DNA of 63,832 nucleotides, filler included, from Lama guanicoe (taxonomy: Eukaryota), in NCBI GenBank assembly GCA_013239625.1. It is 201 parts of 201 records of this genome, joined end to end, with 100 filler letters (N's around TTAATTAATTAA, not from the genome) between each part and the next. Parts side by side here need not be neighbours in the genome. Positions count along the whole stretch, not along the records: positions 36,888 to 37,105 come from PNXV01039603.1; positions 37,206 to 37,423 come from PNXV01039604.1; positions 37,524 to 37,741 come from PNXV01039605.1; positions 37,842 to 38,059 come from PNXV01039606.1; positions 38,160 to 38,377 come from PNXV01039607.1; positions 38,478 to 38,695 come from PNXV01039608.1; positions 38,796 to 39,013 come from PNXV01039609.1; positions 39,114 to 39,331 come from PNXV01039610.1; 193 more parts are not named here. One strand, written 5' to 3'. The notes under the pieces were generated by a model that did no database searches, was not told the origin of the DNA, and saw only the letters and a list, made by a program, of their open reading frames with translations. The position numbers and the translations under genes were made by a program. Below are positions 36,788 through 49,825 of the stretch, piece after piece. The number at the start of each line of letters is the position of its first letter. Within the stretch, counting starts at the first letter, position 1.

Positions 36788-37841
36788 NNNNNNNNNNNNN
36801 NNNNNNNNNNNNNNNNNNNNNNNNNNNNNNNTTAATTAATTAANNNNNNNNNNNNNNNNNNNNNNNNNNNNNNNNNNNNNNNNNNNNTGGAAAGTTGGCT
36901 GGTTGTTCACAGAGGTTCCTCACAAGGGAGCACCTTCTTAAATTCACTATAAGCCAGAAGAGCAGATTTCAAACTTTTTAAAATTGTAACTCCCAGTAAG
37001 AAACATGTTATGTAGTGACCCAGTATATACAGATACTCAGTCACTCATTAGAGTCATCCTAAATATGGTACATTCTGAATGATTCAGTTCTGTCCTATCC
37101 TATCCNNNNNNNNNNNNNNNNNNNNNNNNNNNNNNNNNNNNNNNNNNNNTTAATTAATTAANNNNNNNNNNNNNNNNNNNNNNNNNNNNNNNNNNNNNNN
37201 NNNNNCGCTTCATCTCAAAATGAAATCCATGCTTATTGGTTTGTTTTTTGACTCCTTTATCCTCTCTGTTCCTCATACCTTGACCACGAGGTGAGGACAA
37301 GAAGTAACCTCCTTCCTGATACTCAGAGCCACCTACTGCTTCTCTGCATCTCCAACAACAGCAGGAAGAAACACTTTATTCTGCTCTCTCCTTTGAATTA
37401 TAATTACTAGCAAATTTACTGGCNNNNNNNNNNNNNNNNNNNNNNNNNNNNNNNNNNNNNNNNNNNNTTAATTAATTAANNNNNNNNNNNNNNNNNNNNN
37501 NNNNNNNNNNNNNNNNNNNNNNNTTCAACCTGTCGCCGCCCAGACTATCCCCAGCACAGGGCACACAGACTTTCCTGCCGGAGGAGTGCAAGTGTGTAGA
37601 CACGAGGGTCTGGCTCCGACGACATCCTTCTCACTGTCACAGAGGGCAGTGTGGCCACAAGACAAGGAAGCAACTGCCGCCAACCCTAAACTGTCCCGCA
37701 CCTCACTGGGCACAGCCGTTTGGTCCATCACTGCACCCCCCNNNNNNNNNNNNNNNNNNNNNNNNNNNNNNNNNNNNNNNNNNNNTTAATTAATTAANNN
37801 NNNNNNNNNNNNNNNNNNNNNNNNNNNNNNNNNNNNNNNNN

Positions 37842-38377
37842 TTTTTTTCACATTTTTTCATTGTGTCAATATTCTAATTGGTATACTAGTTTGCAACAAG
37901 GGGAAAAAATGTTCAATTATCCCTGGCTTATTGTAATACTGTATAATAAAAATTTCCTTCCCGAACACTTTTCAGCTATTATAGGATAATGACACTTCGT
38001 TTCTTTCTGCGTCACGAATATTCCCCTTCTCCACCCTGTGACAATTGACTTCAGTCTAANNNNNNNNNNNNNNNNNNNNNNNNNNNNNNNNNNNNNNNNN
38101 NNNTTAATTAATTAANNNNNNNNNNNNNNNNNNNNNNNNNNNNNNNNNNNNNNNNNNNNTTTTTTTCACATTTTTTCATTGTGTCAATATTCTAATTGGT
38201 ATACTAGTCAGCAACAAGGGGAAAAAACGTTCAATTATCCCCGGCTTATTGTAATACTGTATAATAAAAATTTCTTTCCTGAACACTTTTCAGCTATTAT
38301 AGGATAATGACACTTCGTTTCTTTCTGTGTCACGAATATTCCCCTTCTCCACCCTGTGACAATTGACTTCAGTCTAA
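37842..38377 (+). repeat. Near-identical contig pair (37842-38059 / 38160-38377), assembly bubble
   Basis: Identical 49-nt ends; 7 core differences. Confidence 0.95.
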
Positions 38378-39113
38378 NNNNNNNNNNNNNNNNNNNNNNN
38401 NNNNNNNNNNNNNNNNNNNNNTTAATTAATTAANNNNNNNNNNNNNNNNNNNNNNNNNNNNNNNNNNNNNNNNNNNNGAGAGAAGGAACAGGACCTGCAA
38501 AGACTCAGAGCACAGAGCAAGTACCATGGACTCCCAGAACGAAACTCATCAGTCTGGCCGGAGCACAGCGGTGGAGAGGGGGCTGCAGGTGAGGCTGAGG
38601 AGTCAGCCAGGCGACTCAGGCAGGACCCTGTGAACCCTGAAAGTACGTCCTTTAGCCTCAGCACAACTGGGGAACCACCAAGGGCTCCACGCAACNNNNN
38701 NNNNNNNNNNNNNNNNNNNNNNNNNNNNNNNNNNNNNNNTTAATTAATTAANNNNNNNNNNNNNNNNNNNNNNNNNNNNNNNNNNNNNNNNNNNNTGTAT
38801 GAAATGGATTTGAATAATTACAAGTAATATAACATTTGTTACATAAATTACTGTGGTCAGGATACTCATTTGTATTAGAAAAACACTTCCTTTAGAGAAT
38901 TATTTTTCATATTTCAACATGATGTAGCATTTTACAAGATTTTGACAAGAATTTTATTAAAACGAGAATTGACTATCAGATCATTTAAATACTGTTTTTC
39001 AATGTGAAATTAANNNNNNNNNNNNNNNNNNNNNNNNNNNNNNNNNNNNNNNNNNNNTTAATTAATTAANNNNNNNNNNNNNNNNNNNNNNNNNNNNNNN
39101 NNNNNNNNNNNNN

Positions 39114-39331
39114 TATGGCAGTTGTATTTCTAATTTTCTGACGACCCTGCATACTGTTTTCCGTAGTGGCTGCACCAGTTCACATTCCCACCAACAGTGC
39201 AGGAGAGTTCCCCTTTCTTCGCACCCTCTCCAGCACCTGTTATCCCTTATGTGTTGATGATGGCCATTCCATTCTAACAGGCTGAGGTGATATTTCATTG
39301 TGGTCTTGATTTGCAGATCCATGCTGATTAG
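39114..39331 (-). mobile_element. L1 ORF2 C-terminal cysteine-rich region (antisense)
   Basis: The minus-strand translation contains [25 protein letters not shown], the L1 ORF2p C-terminal motif. Confidence 0.95.
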
Positions 39332-40067
39332 NNNNNNNNNNNNNNNNNNNNNNNNNNNNNNNNNNNNNNNNNNNNTTAATTAATTAANNNNNNNNNNNNN
39401 NNNNNNNNNNNNNNNNNNNNNNNNNNNNNNNACCTCTTTCCACGGCTATCACCTTGGAATAGGTCATCACTACCCTGCACGAAGCTTCCTTCAAGTCCGG
39501 TCGCCATAGAGGTTCTCAGTGCACGCTACTTTCCCTGCCCAAACTGGGCTGTCCTCAGTAAAACATCACTAAACCAAACTGTATTTATTACCCCACGAGT
39601 TTATTACTATTCCCCATGCTTTTGCTTCTCCTGAAATGTTCGTTGCAGANNNNNNNNNNNNNNNNNNNNNNNNNNNNNNNNNNNNNNNNNNNNTTAATTA
39701 ATTAANNNNNNNNNNNNNNNNNNNNNNNNNNNNNNNNNNNNNNNNNNNNCTCTTGCCAGTATTTCCCAAAATACAGCACAAGAGATAATTTCACATAGCA
39801 CCCAGAGATTGTGTTATTTTAACTTTTTGAGTGTTCAGAATTCTTGTTACTTTATGAAGATTTTGGCATGGATTTTTCTCCTTTGCGTTGGTTACAGAAA
39901 GTTTAGTTTTCAGATTTGTTTAAATAAGTTTGTGAGTCAATTAAAATATATTAAGCAAATAATAAATNNNNNNNNNNNNNNNNNNNNNNNNNNNNNNNNN
40001 NNNNNNNNNNNTTAATTAATTAANNNNNNNNNNNNNNNNNNNNNNNNNNNNNNNNNNNNNNNNNNNN

Positions 40068-40230
40068 CCATAAAAAAGAATGAAATAATGTCATTTGCAG
40101 CAACATGGATGGAACTAGAGATCGTCATTCCAAGCAAAGTAAGCCAGAGAGAGAAAGAAAAATGTCATATGATATCACTCACATGTGGAATCAAAAAAAA
40201 AAAGAAGAGGACACTAATGAACTCATCTAT
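40068..40230 (+). mobile_element. L1 ORF2 end / 3' UTR
   Basis: MSFAATWMELEIVIPSKVSQREKEKCHMISLTCG is the end of L1 ORF2. Confidence 0.9.
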
Positions 40231-41479
40231 ATATACAGATCAATTGTATTCAAATGTATATAAACTGTATTATTCATATATATATNNNNNNNNNNNNNNN
40301 NNNNNNNNNNNNNNNNNNNNNNNNNNNNNTTAATTAATTAANNNNNNNNNNNNNNNNNNNNNNNNNNNNNNNNNNNNNNNNNNNNCCCTTACAGTTTCCC
40401 TGCGGAAGTTGAGAGGCGTGGTTTGGGGTCTTACGACACTTGGTTGAAAATGCTGTTGTCAGTCCCAGCCAGTGGAGGAAGCACAGTGCGTCCAGTACTG
40501 ACCTGGGCTCCCGGCAAGCCTCACCCCAGCCTCCTCAACACCGTCTTCCACCCAAAGAATTGGGGGTTGATAGTTCGCAGGGACCCTCTTGACATTGCTA
40601 AATNNNNNNNNNNNNNNNNNNNNNNNNNNNNNNNNNNNNNNNNNNNNTTAATTAATTAANNNNNNNNNNNNNNNNNNNNNNNNNNNNNNNNNNNNNNNNN
40701 NNNCTTTATACTTCTTACTGTCACCTTCCATTTCCTCCTAAATTAGTATATTCACAACCATTTCTTTATATACTTATGATTCCTATGACTATATTCCATT
40801 ACTCTTTAAATTGTCTTTACTCAGGGATCAATTTTGGGAAATGATGACATTCATTCCTATGATTCAAATATCAGCGAGTCCCACGCCATACCCCTTTGCA
40901 ACTTTCTTATCTTTGTGTAGANNNNNNNNNNNNNNNNNNNNNNNNNNNNNNNNNNNNNNNNNNNNTTAATTAATTAANNNNNNNNNNNNNNNNNNNNNNN
41001 NNNNNNNNNNNNNNNNNNNNNGATAATACGTGCCGTTTGATTAGAAAGCTCCTTGGCAAACAGACACTCAAGAACACTTGAGATATGTTGGCCATTGTTA
41101 CATTTATTGCTTTTGTTAACCTGGTCCCTGACACATAGCAGGCAACTCAGTAGGTGCTTGTTATTTCACTGCTGGGCTCTGAGGCCCCAATTTCAAGGAC
41201 CGTGGGAGGCACTGAGAACAGAGCAGGGGTACAGGGAGGNNNNNNNNNNNNNNNNNNNNNNNNNNNNNNNNNNNNNNNNNNNNTTAATTAATTAANNNNN
41301 NNNNNNNNNNNNNNNNNNNNNNNNNNNNNNNNNNNNNNNGACTTGTATCGGGTAGGGCCTTGTAGCCAGAGGAAGCAGCTGGAAAACCTGAGCAAAAGAG
41401 TGATGTGAGTACATCTGTGTTCTACGAGATCACTCTGGCTGCTGTGTGGAAAAGTCCAACAGTTAATAGCTACACATTC

Positions 41480-41557
41480 CTGTATATAAAATAGATAAAC
41501 AACAAGGTCTACTGTACAGCACAGGGAACTATATTCAATTTCTTGTAATGAGCTATA
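41480..41557 (+). mobile_element. L1 3' UTR fragment (cetartiodactyl type)
   Basis: tatataaaatagataaacaacaaggtctactgtacagcacagggaactatattcaa. Confidence 0.85.
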
Positions 41558-43247
41558 NNNNNNNNNNNNNNNNNNNNNNNNNNNNNNNNNNNNNNNNNNN
41601 NTTAATTAATTAANNNNNNNNNNNNNNNNNNNNNNNNNNNNNNNNNNNNNNNNNNNNCCCCCACTGGCCAGAAGTCATTCCATTTCTGTGGGTTTAGGGG
41701 TGAAGGTCCATCTTCTGTAACTCCTTCGTGCTGATCTAGGGTGCTGTATTCTTAAAGTGGAAGATGTTGACATGGGTCTATAGCATCTCTCTGCTGCCAA
41801 TTTTAGTTGCCTGCTTACATATATGGGCAGAACAAGCTGTAATTATTTTGATGCCCATGAAGACAGAGATTATTANNNNNNNNNNNNNNNNNNNNNNNNN
41901 NNNNNNNNNNNNNNNNNNNTTAATTAATTAANNNNNNNNNNNNNNNNNNNNNNNNNNNNNNNNNNNNNNNNNNNNTCTGTTATTTGTTACAACTGAAGAT
42001 TACCCTACACATATCTCAAAATATAAAAGTTTAAATTCAAAAATAAAAAGGAAGCTTTGAAAAAAAATCAAAGGGTCTTGAAAATCTTCAAGGATGGTGT
42101 GCCTAAAATGTGGGAACTTTAGGGAGCAAAGTTCCCCAGATGCTCTTGCACTTGGTTTGCATCTTGCAGAAGAGGAGTGTGAGGACCAAAGCCNNNNNNN
42201 NNNNNNNNNNNNNNNNNNNNNNNNNNNNNNNNNNNNNTTAATTAATTAANNNNNNNNNNNNNNNNNNNNNNNNNNNNNNNNNNNNNNNNNNNNAAATGCC
42301 TACCCCTAAAAATGGATGAATATGTGCACTTTTCTGAGTGTAAGAACTTTACATACATCGGTAACGACTGCAAAGTTCAAAGCTAAAGGGGTAGAACACA
42401 GCACAGATGGAATTTCACCGGGGGACAGTAAGACATCAGTTTCACTAAATAAGTTTGTTAGAGAGCACGTCACAGTATTTACTATTCACAAGTCCTGGAA
42501 TACACTATTTTNNNNNNNNNNNNNNNNNNNNNNNNNNNNNNNNNNNNNNNNNNNNTTAATTAATTAANNNNNNNNNNNNNNNNNNNNNNNNNNNNNNNNN
42601 NNNNNNNNNNNGGAGGTTCTTTCAGTGCCGCTTTTCTATAAAACCTCTCCGCTCTCCTGTTGCACAAAGCACCCGCTTTGGGTCAGGGACACACAGCACA
42701 CAGGCTGCGTCAGAGTACGTCCTCACATTCAAAGACCGGCTCCTGGCCTTCTGTCTCCCTTTGTCTCAGCCTCTGTGAGAGCTTGCTGGGCACAGCGCCT
42801 GCCTACAGGGAAGCGGCCACTCACGGAGGNNNNNNNNNNNNNNNNNNNNNNNNNNNNNNNNNNNNNNNNNNNNTTAATTAATTAANNNNNNNNNNNNNNN
42901 NNNNNNNNNNNNNNNNNNNNNNNNNNNNNTTTCTTGCCCTTGTTTTCAGACAAGATTCTGAAAATGTTTCCTGCTTAAATGATTTAATTAAGTTTTATTT
43001 ATTTTCACCTTACAATCAAATCTGAAAAGTGAAATTCAGATAAGCTACTAGTAGCTTTCTGTTTTCAACTGTTAATAATTCTGGACAACAACGTACATTG
43101 ACTTTCTTCTCAGTTTCCTTCCTGTCCTGCATTAAATTGTACCTATCNNNNNNNNNNNNNNNNNNNNNNNNNNNNNNNNNNNNNNNNNNNNTTAATTAAT
43201 TAANNNNNNNNNNNNNNNNNNNNNNNNNNNNNNNNNNNNNNNNNNNN

Positions 43248-43465
43248 CTCTGGTAACCACAAATTTGATCTCTTTTTCTGTGAGTTTGATTTTTTAGTTT
43301 TTAGATTCCACATATAAGTAAGATCATGCAGCGTTTGTCTCTCTCTGTCTGACTTATTTCACTTAGCATAATGCCCACAAGTCCATCCTTGTCACAAATG
43401 GCAGGATTTTCTCGGGTTTTTTTAATGCCTGAATAATATTCCATTGTATATACATACCACAATTT
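43248..43465 (-). mobile_element. L1 3' region (antisense)
   Basis: ctctggtaaccac...ttagattccacatataagtaagatcatgcag...ctgacttatttcacttagcataatgcc. Confidence 0.9.
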
Positions 43466-45491
43466 NNNNNNNNNNNNNNNNNNNNNNNNNNNNNNNNNNN
43501 NNNNNNNNNTTAATTAATTAANNNNNNNNNNNNNNNNNNNNNNNNNNNNNNNNNNNNNNNNNNNNTTCCAACAATGTGGAATCTCAAAATTCAGGATACC
43601 TGTTTTGTATTAATGTTAAAGTCACCTGGGCCTCTGGAGGAACGCGTAAGGATGGTTTTGAATGGACCAGTGCTTGCTTACATTGTGAAATCTGAGATTA
43701 TACCCTCTAACTGTAAACTGGTATCACTACTGTAAAGACCTGATAAATTTATGACTGAAAGTTGTATTTTCTGAAAAGTAGCTNNNNNNNNNNNNNNNNN
43801 NNNNNNNNNNNNNNNNNNNNNNNNNNNTTAATTAATTAANNNNNNNNNNNNNNNNNNNNNNNNNNNNNNNNNNNNNNNNNNNNGAGTTAAAGCACGGAGC
43901 CCTGCCCTCCCACGTGAGGTGTGCTACCTTCTTCCACGGTGCTGCCCTGTGACAAAAGCCAGGTGGGAGAGATGGCACATTGTGGAGTGGGGAGCGCCAG
44001 GCTGGAGACGCGCCACCTGCTTTGAGTCTGGCCGCCCCGCGGGCTGGCGTGCGGTGCTGAGCCTCCCCTCTGTCTCACGGAAGCAGCAGTGACACCTGGT
44101 GNNNNNNNNNNNNNNNNNNNNNNNNNNNNNNNNNNNNNNNNNNNNTTAATTAATTAANNNNNNNNNNNNNNNNNNNNNNNNNNNNNNNNNNNNNNNNNNN
44201 NTTTATATACAATTTTATAGGAATATAAAAGAGAGATCAATAAGACTTTACCCAAAATAATTAAAGCTCTACTAACGATTTTTCTTTTTTCTGCTTCTTC
44301 CGGGTGATAGACAAGATATCTTAAAATTTGTGTTTGAATAAAGCCGTTAATTTTCCTTCTGCGGGCTTTGGAAACATTTTACTAGAGAGACTTCATTCTG
44401 AAAGGCCAGAAGAATGCTGNNNNNNNNNNNNNNNNNNNNNNNNNNNNNNNNNNNNNNNNNNNNTTAATTAATTAANNNNNNNNNNNNNNNNNNNNNNNNN
44501 NNNNNNNNNNNNNNNNNNNAACTTACTATTTGGGGAGGTCAATGAACTGAATGTCTCAAGCTTTGTAGTGGGACAGGGATGAAAGAGCAGGTCGCCCCCC
44601 TGCTTAGTTTGCTTATGATTTGGCAGCTACGCGTGGCACCCACTGTCATTTCCAAAGCATTTCCAAGGCAAGCTACCTTCTTTTGCAGCTACTACTACTG
44701 TAGTAATCCTTTTTCTTATCAGCTCCCTTATCAAGATNNNNNNNNNNNNNNNNNNNNNNNNNNNNNNNNNNNNNNNNNNNNTTAATTAATTAANNNNNNN
44801 NNNNNNNNNNNNNNNNNNNNNNNNNNNNNNNNNNNNNTCCTGCTTCTGTTTGGTCAGCTCTAAGTGCAGCTCCTGGTTGATCTCCAGCACTGTAAGTTCT
44901 GCCCTCGGACCACACGAAGGGCCAAGAGATCCTGCCATGGTGACGTGCGGCAGAAGAGGTAGAGCCGGGGACTGGGGAGAAGAAACCCAGCATATGATGG
45001 ATGAAAAACAAGTGAAATCACATAAGTTTAATCAGGATTGAGGCGTGACAGAAACNNNNNNNNNNNNNNNNNNNNNNNNNNNNNNNNNNNNNNNNNNNNT
45101 TAATTAATTAANNNNNNNNNNNNNNNNNNNNNNNNNNNNNNNNNNNNNNNNNNNNACTTTTGACGTCTCACTTTTTCTTCCATAGAAAGGATGCAGATGG
45201 GGTCGCGATTTCACAGGGACTCACTACTGCATGTGGAGGTTTGCTTTCTCTCTTTGTTTGTAGAAAAGCCGTTTTTAGGATTCTCTGAGCAAACTAGCTA
45301 GTCAAACGAATTAGCAAAAACACAATGGCAGAATACAGCCATGAATTTATTTCCCACTGTGTGCCAGACACAANNNNNNNNNNNNNNNNNNNNNNNNNNN
45401 NNNNNNNNNNNNNNNNNTTAATTAATTAANNNNNNNNNNNNNNNNNNNNNNNNNNNNNNNNNNNNNNNNNNNNGCCCGCCCGCCCCCCGCC

Positions 45492-45523
45492 ATGGTGTCC
45501 TGGATCATCTCCAGGCTGGTGGT
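45492..45523 (+). CDS. REEP1: Receptor expression-enhancing protein exon 1 (REEP1; REEP2 not fully excluded), in a CpG island
   Basis: Kozak ccgccATGG, 32-nt coding exon MVSWIISRLVV, then a perfect donor GTAAGT at 45524. Codons TCC AGG fit REEP1 as remembered. Confidence 0.85.
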
Positions 45524-46109
45524 GTAAGTGGCCTTCTTCCCCGCGTCCCTTCCTTCCTTCCCTCCTTCCCCTCCTTCTCCGGCCCCGGCCCCCGGGCAGC
45601 GCGCGCCCCTGCCCCGCCGGCCCCGGTGGCTCCGGCTATTAATACCCGGCGGCCGCTAAATTTAGCAGGTACAGTAGCTGCCGAGGTCGCCNNNNNNNNN
45701 NNNNNNNNNNNNNNNNNNNNNNNNNNNNNNNNNNNTTAATTAATTAANNNNNNNNNNNNNNNNNNNNNNNNNNNNNNNNNNNNNNNNNNNNCAAGGAGAA
45801 TTCGCCATGGAAGAGGGTAGACGGAATTCCTTACGAGGACACTAAGAGGGTCCCCCATGTATGGCCCATGGACGTGATGTCCCATGGTTGGCTTGGTGAT
45901 TCCCAGTCTGGATGGTAATTTCACTTGAAAGAGGAAAGAATGTAATCCCCCATTAGCTATCCCCACACCCCACTCCCCCCACACACACCCCAACACACAC
46001 ACTCACCTCNNNNNNNNNNNNNNNNNNNNNNNNNNNNNNNNNNNNNNNNNNNNTTAATTAATTAANNNNNNNNNNNNNNNNNNNNNNNNNNNNNNNNNNN
46101 NNNNNNNNN

Positions 46110-46327
46110 TTCACATTGTTGTGAAACCCATGCCACTATCCATTTCCAGAGTTTTTTTGTTATCCCAAACTGAAACTCTGTACCCGCTAGAGAGGAACTC
46201 CCCACCGGGCCTCCCAAAGCCACTGGCAACCACTGTTCTATTTTCTGTCTCTATGAATTTCACTGTTCTAGGAACCACAGACAAAGAGAATATTATGTAA
46301 TATTTGCCCTTTTGTGTCTGGCTTATT
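46110..46327 (-). mobile_element. L1MB-type 3' region (antisense)
   Basis: ttcacattgttgtgaaacc...cccaaactgaaactctgtaccc...ctggcaaccactgttctattttctgtctctatgaattt. Confidence 0.9.
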
Positions 46328-46745
46328 NNNNNNNNNNNNNNNNNNNNNNNNNNNNNNNNNNNNNNNNNNNNTTAATTAATTAANNNNNNNNNNNNNNNNN
46401 NNNNNNNNNNNNNNNNNNNNNNNNNNNGCCCCAGGTTCCATTTGGCAGCAGGACATGGTGTTGTGGCTCTTGGTCCTACCCTGCCTTCTCCTCAGACCTT
46501 CCCTGTCCCCCCGAGTCCTGCTTCAGATACGTCACGTCACTCCCTCAGCATTCGCCTGGCTTTTCCAGCACCAAGCATCCTTTCCACTTGCCGGGCTGGG
46601 GTGCTGGGAGGTTACCTAGGAACCCCTGAGGCCCGGGGATGCTGCNNNNNNNNNNNNNNNNNNNNNNNNNNNNNNNNNNNNNNNNNNNNTTAATTAATTA
46701 ANNNNNNNNNNNNNNNNNNNNNNNNNNNNNNNNNNNNNNNNNNNN

Positions 46746-46850
46746 CCCTGGAGGTGGGGTCTACTGTTAACCCTGTGGTACAAGTGAGGAAACTTAGGCT
46801 CAAAGGGGTGCCTAACTTGCCCGTCAGAGCTGGGACTGGAAGCCAGTTGC
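46746..46850 (-). mobile_element. MIR SINE core
   Basis: ccctggaggtggggtctactgttaaccc...gtgaggaaacttaggctcaaaggggtgcctaacttgccc. Confidence 0.7.
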
Positions 46851-48017
46851 CCTGTGCCCATGCCCCCCACCCTGCTCTGCAGCCCCCCAACCACGCTGAG
46901 CAGCCCTGGAGGATTTGGTGGGGCAGGAGTTTGAAGAAAGATATTCAGTGCTTTGATTGTCCANNNNNNNNNNNNNNNNNNNNNNNNNNNNNNNNNNNNN
47001 NNNNNNNTTAATTAATTAANNNNNNNNNNNNNNNNNNNNNNNNNNNNNNNNNNNNNNNNNNNNTTCTGGGGGCTTCTAACAATATGGCACACTGAACTGA
47101 TTAAAAAAAAAAAGTCTCTCTTAAAATCATGTTAAATGCTTGATAAAATATAACACATTTTTTAATTCATGGTCAATTTTGAAAGAAGGATGTTCCAGCA
47201 ATGAAGAAGGGATCCAAGCCAGATAGTCAGGAAGGGGTTGCACTTCCAACTGAGCATATTTATATATAAAATCTTTCTTACNNNNNNNNNNNNNNNNNNN
47301 NNNNNNNNNNNNNNNNNNNNNNNNNTTAATTAATTAANNNNNNNNNNNNNNNNNNNNNNNNNNNNNNNNNNNNNNNNNNNNAAATCTTTGAAATGCTACA
47401 TGGATTTTCTTCTGTTTTATTTATTTATTTGCATCTAACATTGGGAATCATTCTGCGGTTACTTAGTAGTCTTGGATTATTAAATTTAAAAGCAGGACAG
47501 GAAGGTGTTTTTAAAATAATTAATCCAGCAATGCAAGTCTAAATTTCTTAGAAGATGGAGAGACAGAATTTAGAGTCACAAGGTACAATATTATTGTGCN
47601 NNNNNNNNNNNNNNNNNNNNNNNNNNNNNNNNNNNNNNNNNNNTTAATTAATTAANNNNNNNNNNNNNNNNNNNNNNNNNNNNNNNNNNNNNNNNNNNNA
47701 AGAAAGAAGTGTGGTGTCATTAGCAAGGCAGGAAGGTGTAGCGGGGCTAAGGTGGCACCCTCTGAGGATGCTCAGAGGTGCCTGGAGCCTGCCCGCCCTC
47801 CGGACCATACAGACAGGAGCCCACAGGGCAGCAGGGCAGTTGGAGGAGCTGGGAACAAGATCATGGCATGTGCCGTCTCGCTGCATTTAAAATGTTAAGA
47901 GCAGAACTTGGGACCATNNNNNNNNNNNNNNNNNNNNNNNNNNNNNNNNNNNNNNNNNNNNTTAATTAATTAANNNNNNNNNNNNNNNNNNNNNNNNNNN
48001 NNNNNNNNNNNNNNNNN

Positions 48018-48233
48018 GGGCGGGGAGGCCGTGCCGAGGAGGAAGAGACCGCGCGGGTGCGGGCAGAGGGGGGAGATGAGAGGCTTTCGTCCTGGGGCAG
48101 CGAGGAAGACGAGGATGAGAGGGCCGGCAGCAGGACAGCGTCAGCATCGCCTGGCGAACAGGAGCAGGTGCGGGACTCGGCGTCCGGGGGCGGCAGCGGG
48201 GCAGGTGGCCCACCTGCCTCGTCTCCAGCCGCG
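48018..48233 (+). CDS. Possible coding fragment in a CpG-rich contig (low-complexity acidic/Gly-Ala), unidentified
   Basis: Frame open across the whole contig (GRGGRAEEEETARVRAEGGDERLSSWGSEEDEDERAGS...). High GC makes chance openness plausible. Confidence 0.25.
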
Positions 48234-48689
48234 CCNNNNNNNNNNNNNNNNNNNNNNNNNNNNNNNNNNNNNNNNNNNNTTAATTAATTAANNNNNNNNN
48301 NNNNNNNNNNNNNNNNNNNNNNNNNNNNNNNNNNNGCAGTCAGCAAAACCCCCGGTAGGGGCAGGGAGCTGGAGAGCCGCTCACTCGCCCACTCCCTCCT
48401 TCATTCACTCGTCGTCTCCTCCAGCCACGTCTCAGTTCCCGTCCATCCACGTGCAGGTGCCTCCCTGCGCCGCTGGCTTCAGATACGAGAAACACCCCCG
48501 GGTCCCCGCCGTCCTGGGGCTGAAAGTGTGTGAGTCCACGGGTACAAGCGTGCNNNNNNNNNNNNNNNNNNNNNNNNNNNNNNNNNNNNNNNNNNNNTTA
48601 ATTAATTAANNNNNNNNNNNNNNNNNNNNNNNNNNNNNNNNNNNNNNNNNNNNGCCTGCCTGTCTCTACCTGCTGCCTGGTTTTTAGAG

Positions 48690-48835
48690 CACAGTGCAGC
48701 TCAGTTTTGACCTGCTCCCAACGCAGCTCAGTTCAGCTCAGTTCGTCCGTTACTTCTGCTCCTTTCCGGTCCGTTTTCAGCTCAGTCTAAGCCAACGCCA
48801 GTTTAACCCAGTTCAGTTCCAAGTTCAGTTTCTAT
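48690..48835 (-). repeat. Degenerate pentamer tract (GAGCT/GAACT/AACTG on the minus strand)
   Basis: Plus strand has many CAGCT/CAGTT/CTCAG units: cagctcagttcagctcagttc...cagttcagttccaagttcagtttc. Confidence 0.6.
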
Positions 48836-49289
48836 TCCATCTGGAGAGTGGCGGCCGTGCTCCTGTCCTGANNNNNNNNNNNNNNNNNNNNNNNNNNNNN
48901 NNNNNNNNNNNNNNNTTAATTAATTAANNNNNNNNNNNNNNNNNNNNNNNNNNNNNNNNNNNNNNNNNNNNAACCAAAAAATATATAGGGAAGGCTGGGA
49001 AACAAAGGAAGAATCTGTTTCAAAAAGAAAGGTGTTATAAACAAGTGAATGCTGCTAAAATCACAAAAAGTCAGACATAGACACTTAATTTAGTAAAATG
49101 CACAGTATCATTGGCAATAAAGAGCATCATTTTTGTTGAGTGCTGTTAGTGGAGAAGACTTAGCAAATAGAGAAAATGAGAGCAAACAANNNNNNNNNNN
49201 NNNNNNNNNNNNNNNNNNNNNNNNNNNNNNNNNTTAATTAATTAANNNNNNNNNNNNNNNNNNNNNNNNNNNNNNNNNNNNNNNNNNNN

Positions 49290-49825
49290 TTATTCCCTTG
49301 TAAAACCATCACTGTGATCAAGATAGTAAACATATTCACCATCCACTCAAGTTTCTTCATGCCCCTTTTTCCTCACTTTTTACGAACACTTCCCCCATCC
49401 CCAGGTTATTGATAAACTTTGTCACTATAGTTTAGTCTACATTTTCTAGAATTTTATGTAAATGGAATTATATAGCACATACTTGCTTTTACCTAGTTTC
49501 TTTCACTNNNNNNNNNNNNNNNNNNNNNNNNNNNNNNNNNNNNNNNNNNNNTTAATTAATTAANNNNNNNNNNNNNNNNNNNNNNNNNNNNNNNNNNNNN
49601 NNNNNNNTTATTCCCTTGTAAAACCATCACTGTGATCAAGATAGTAAACATATTCATCATCCCCTCAAGTTTCTTCATGCCCCTTTTTCCTCACTTTTTA
49701 CCAACACTTCCCCCATCCCCAGGTTATTGATAAACTTTGTCACCATAGTTTAGTCTACATTTTCTAGAATTTTATATAAATGGAATTATATAGCACATAC
49801 TTGCTTTTACCTAGTTTCTTTCACT
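49290..49825 (-). repeat. Near-identical contig pair (49290-49507 / 49608-49825) within old L1M 3' sequence
   Basis: Identical 49-nt ends; 5 core differences; L1 antisense motif cattttctagaattttat(g/a)taaatggaattata. Confidence 0.9.
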
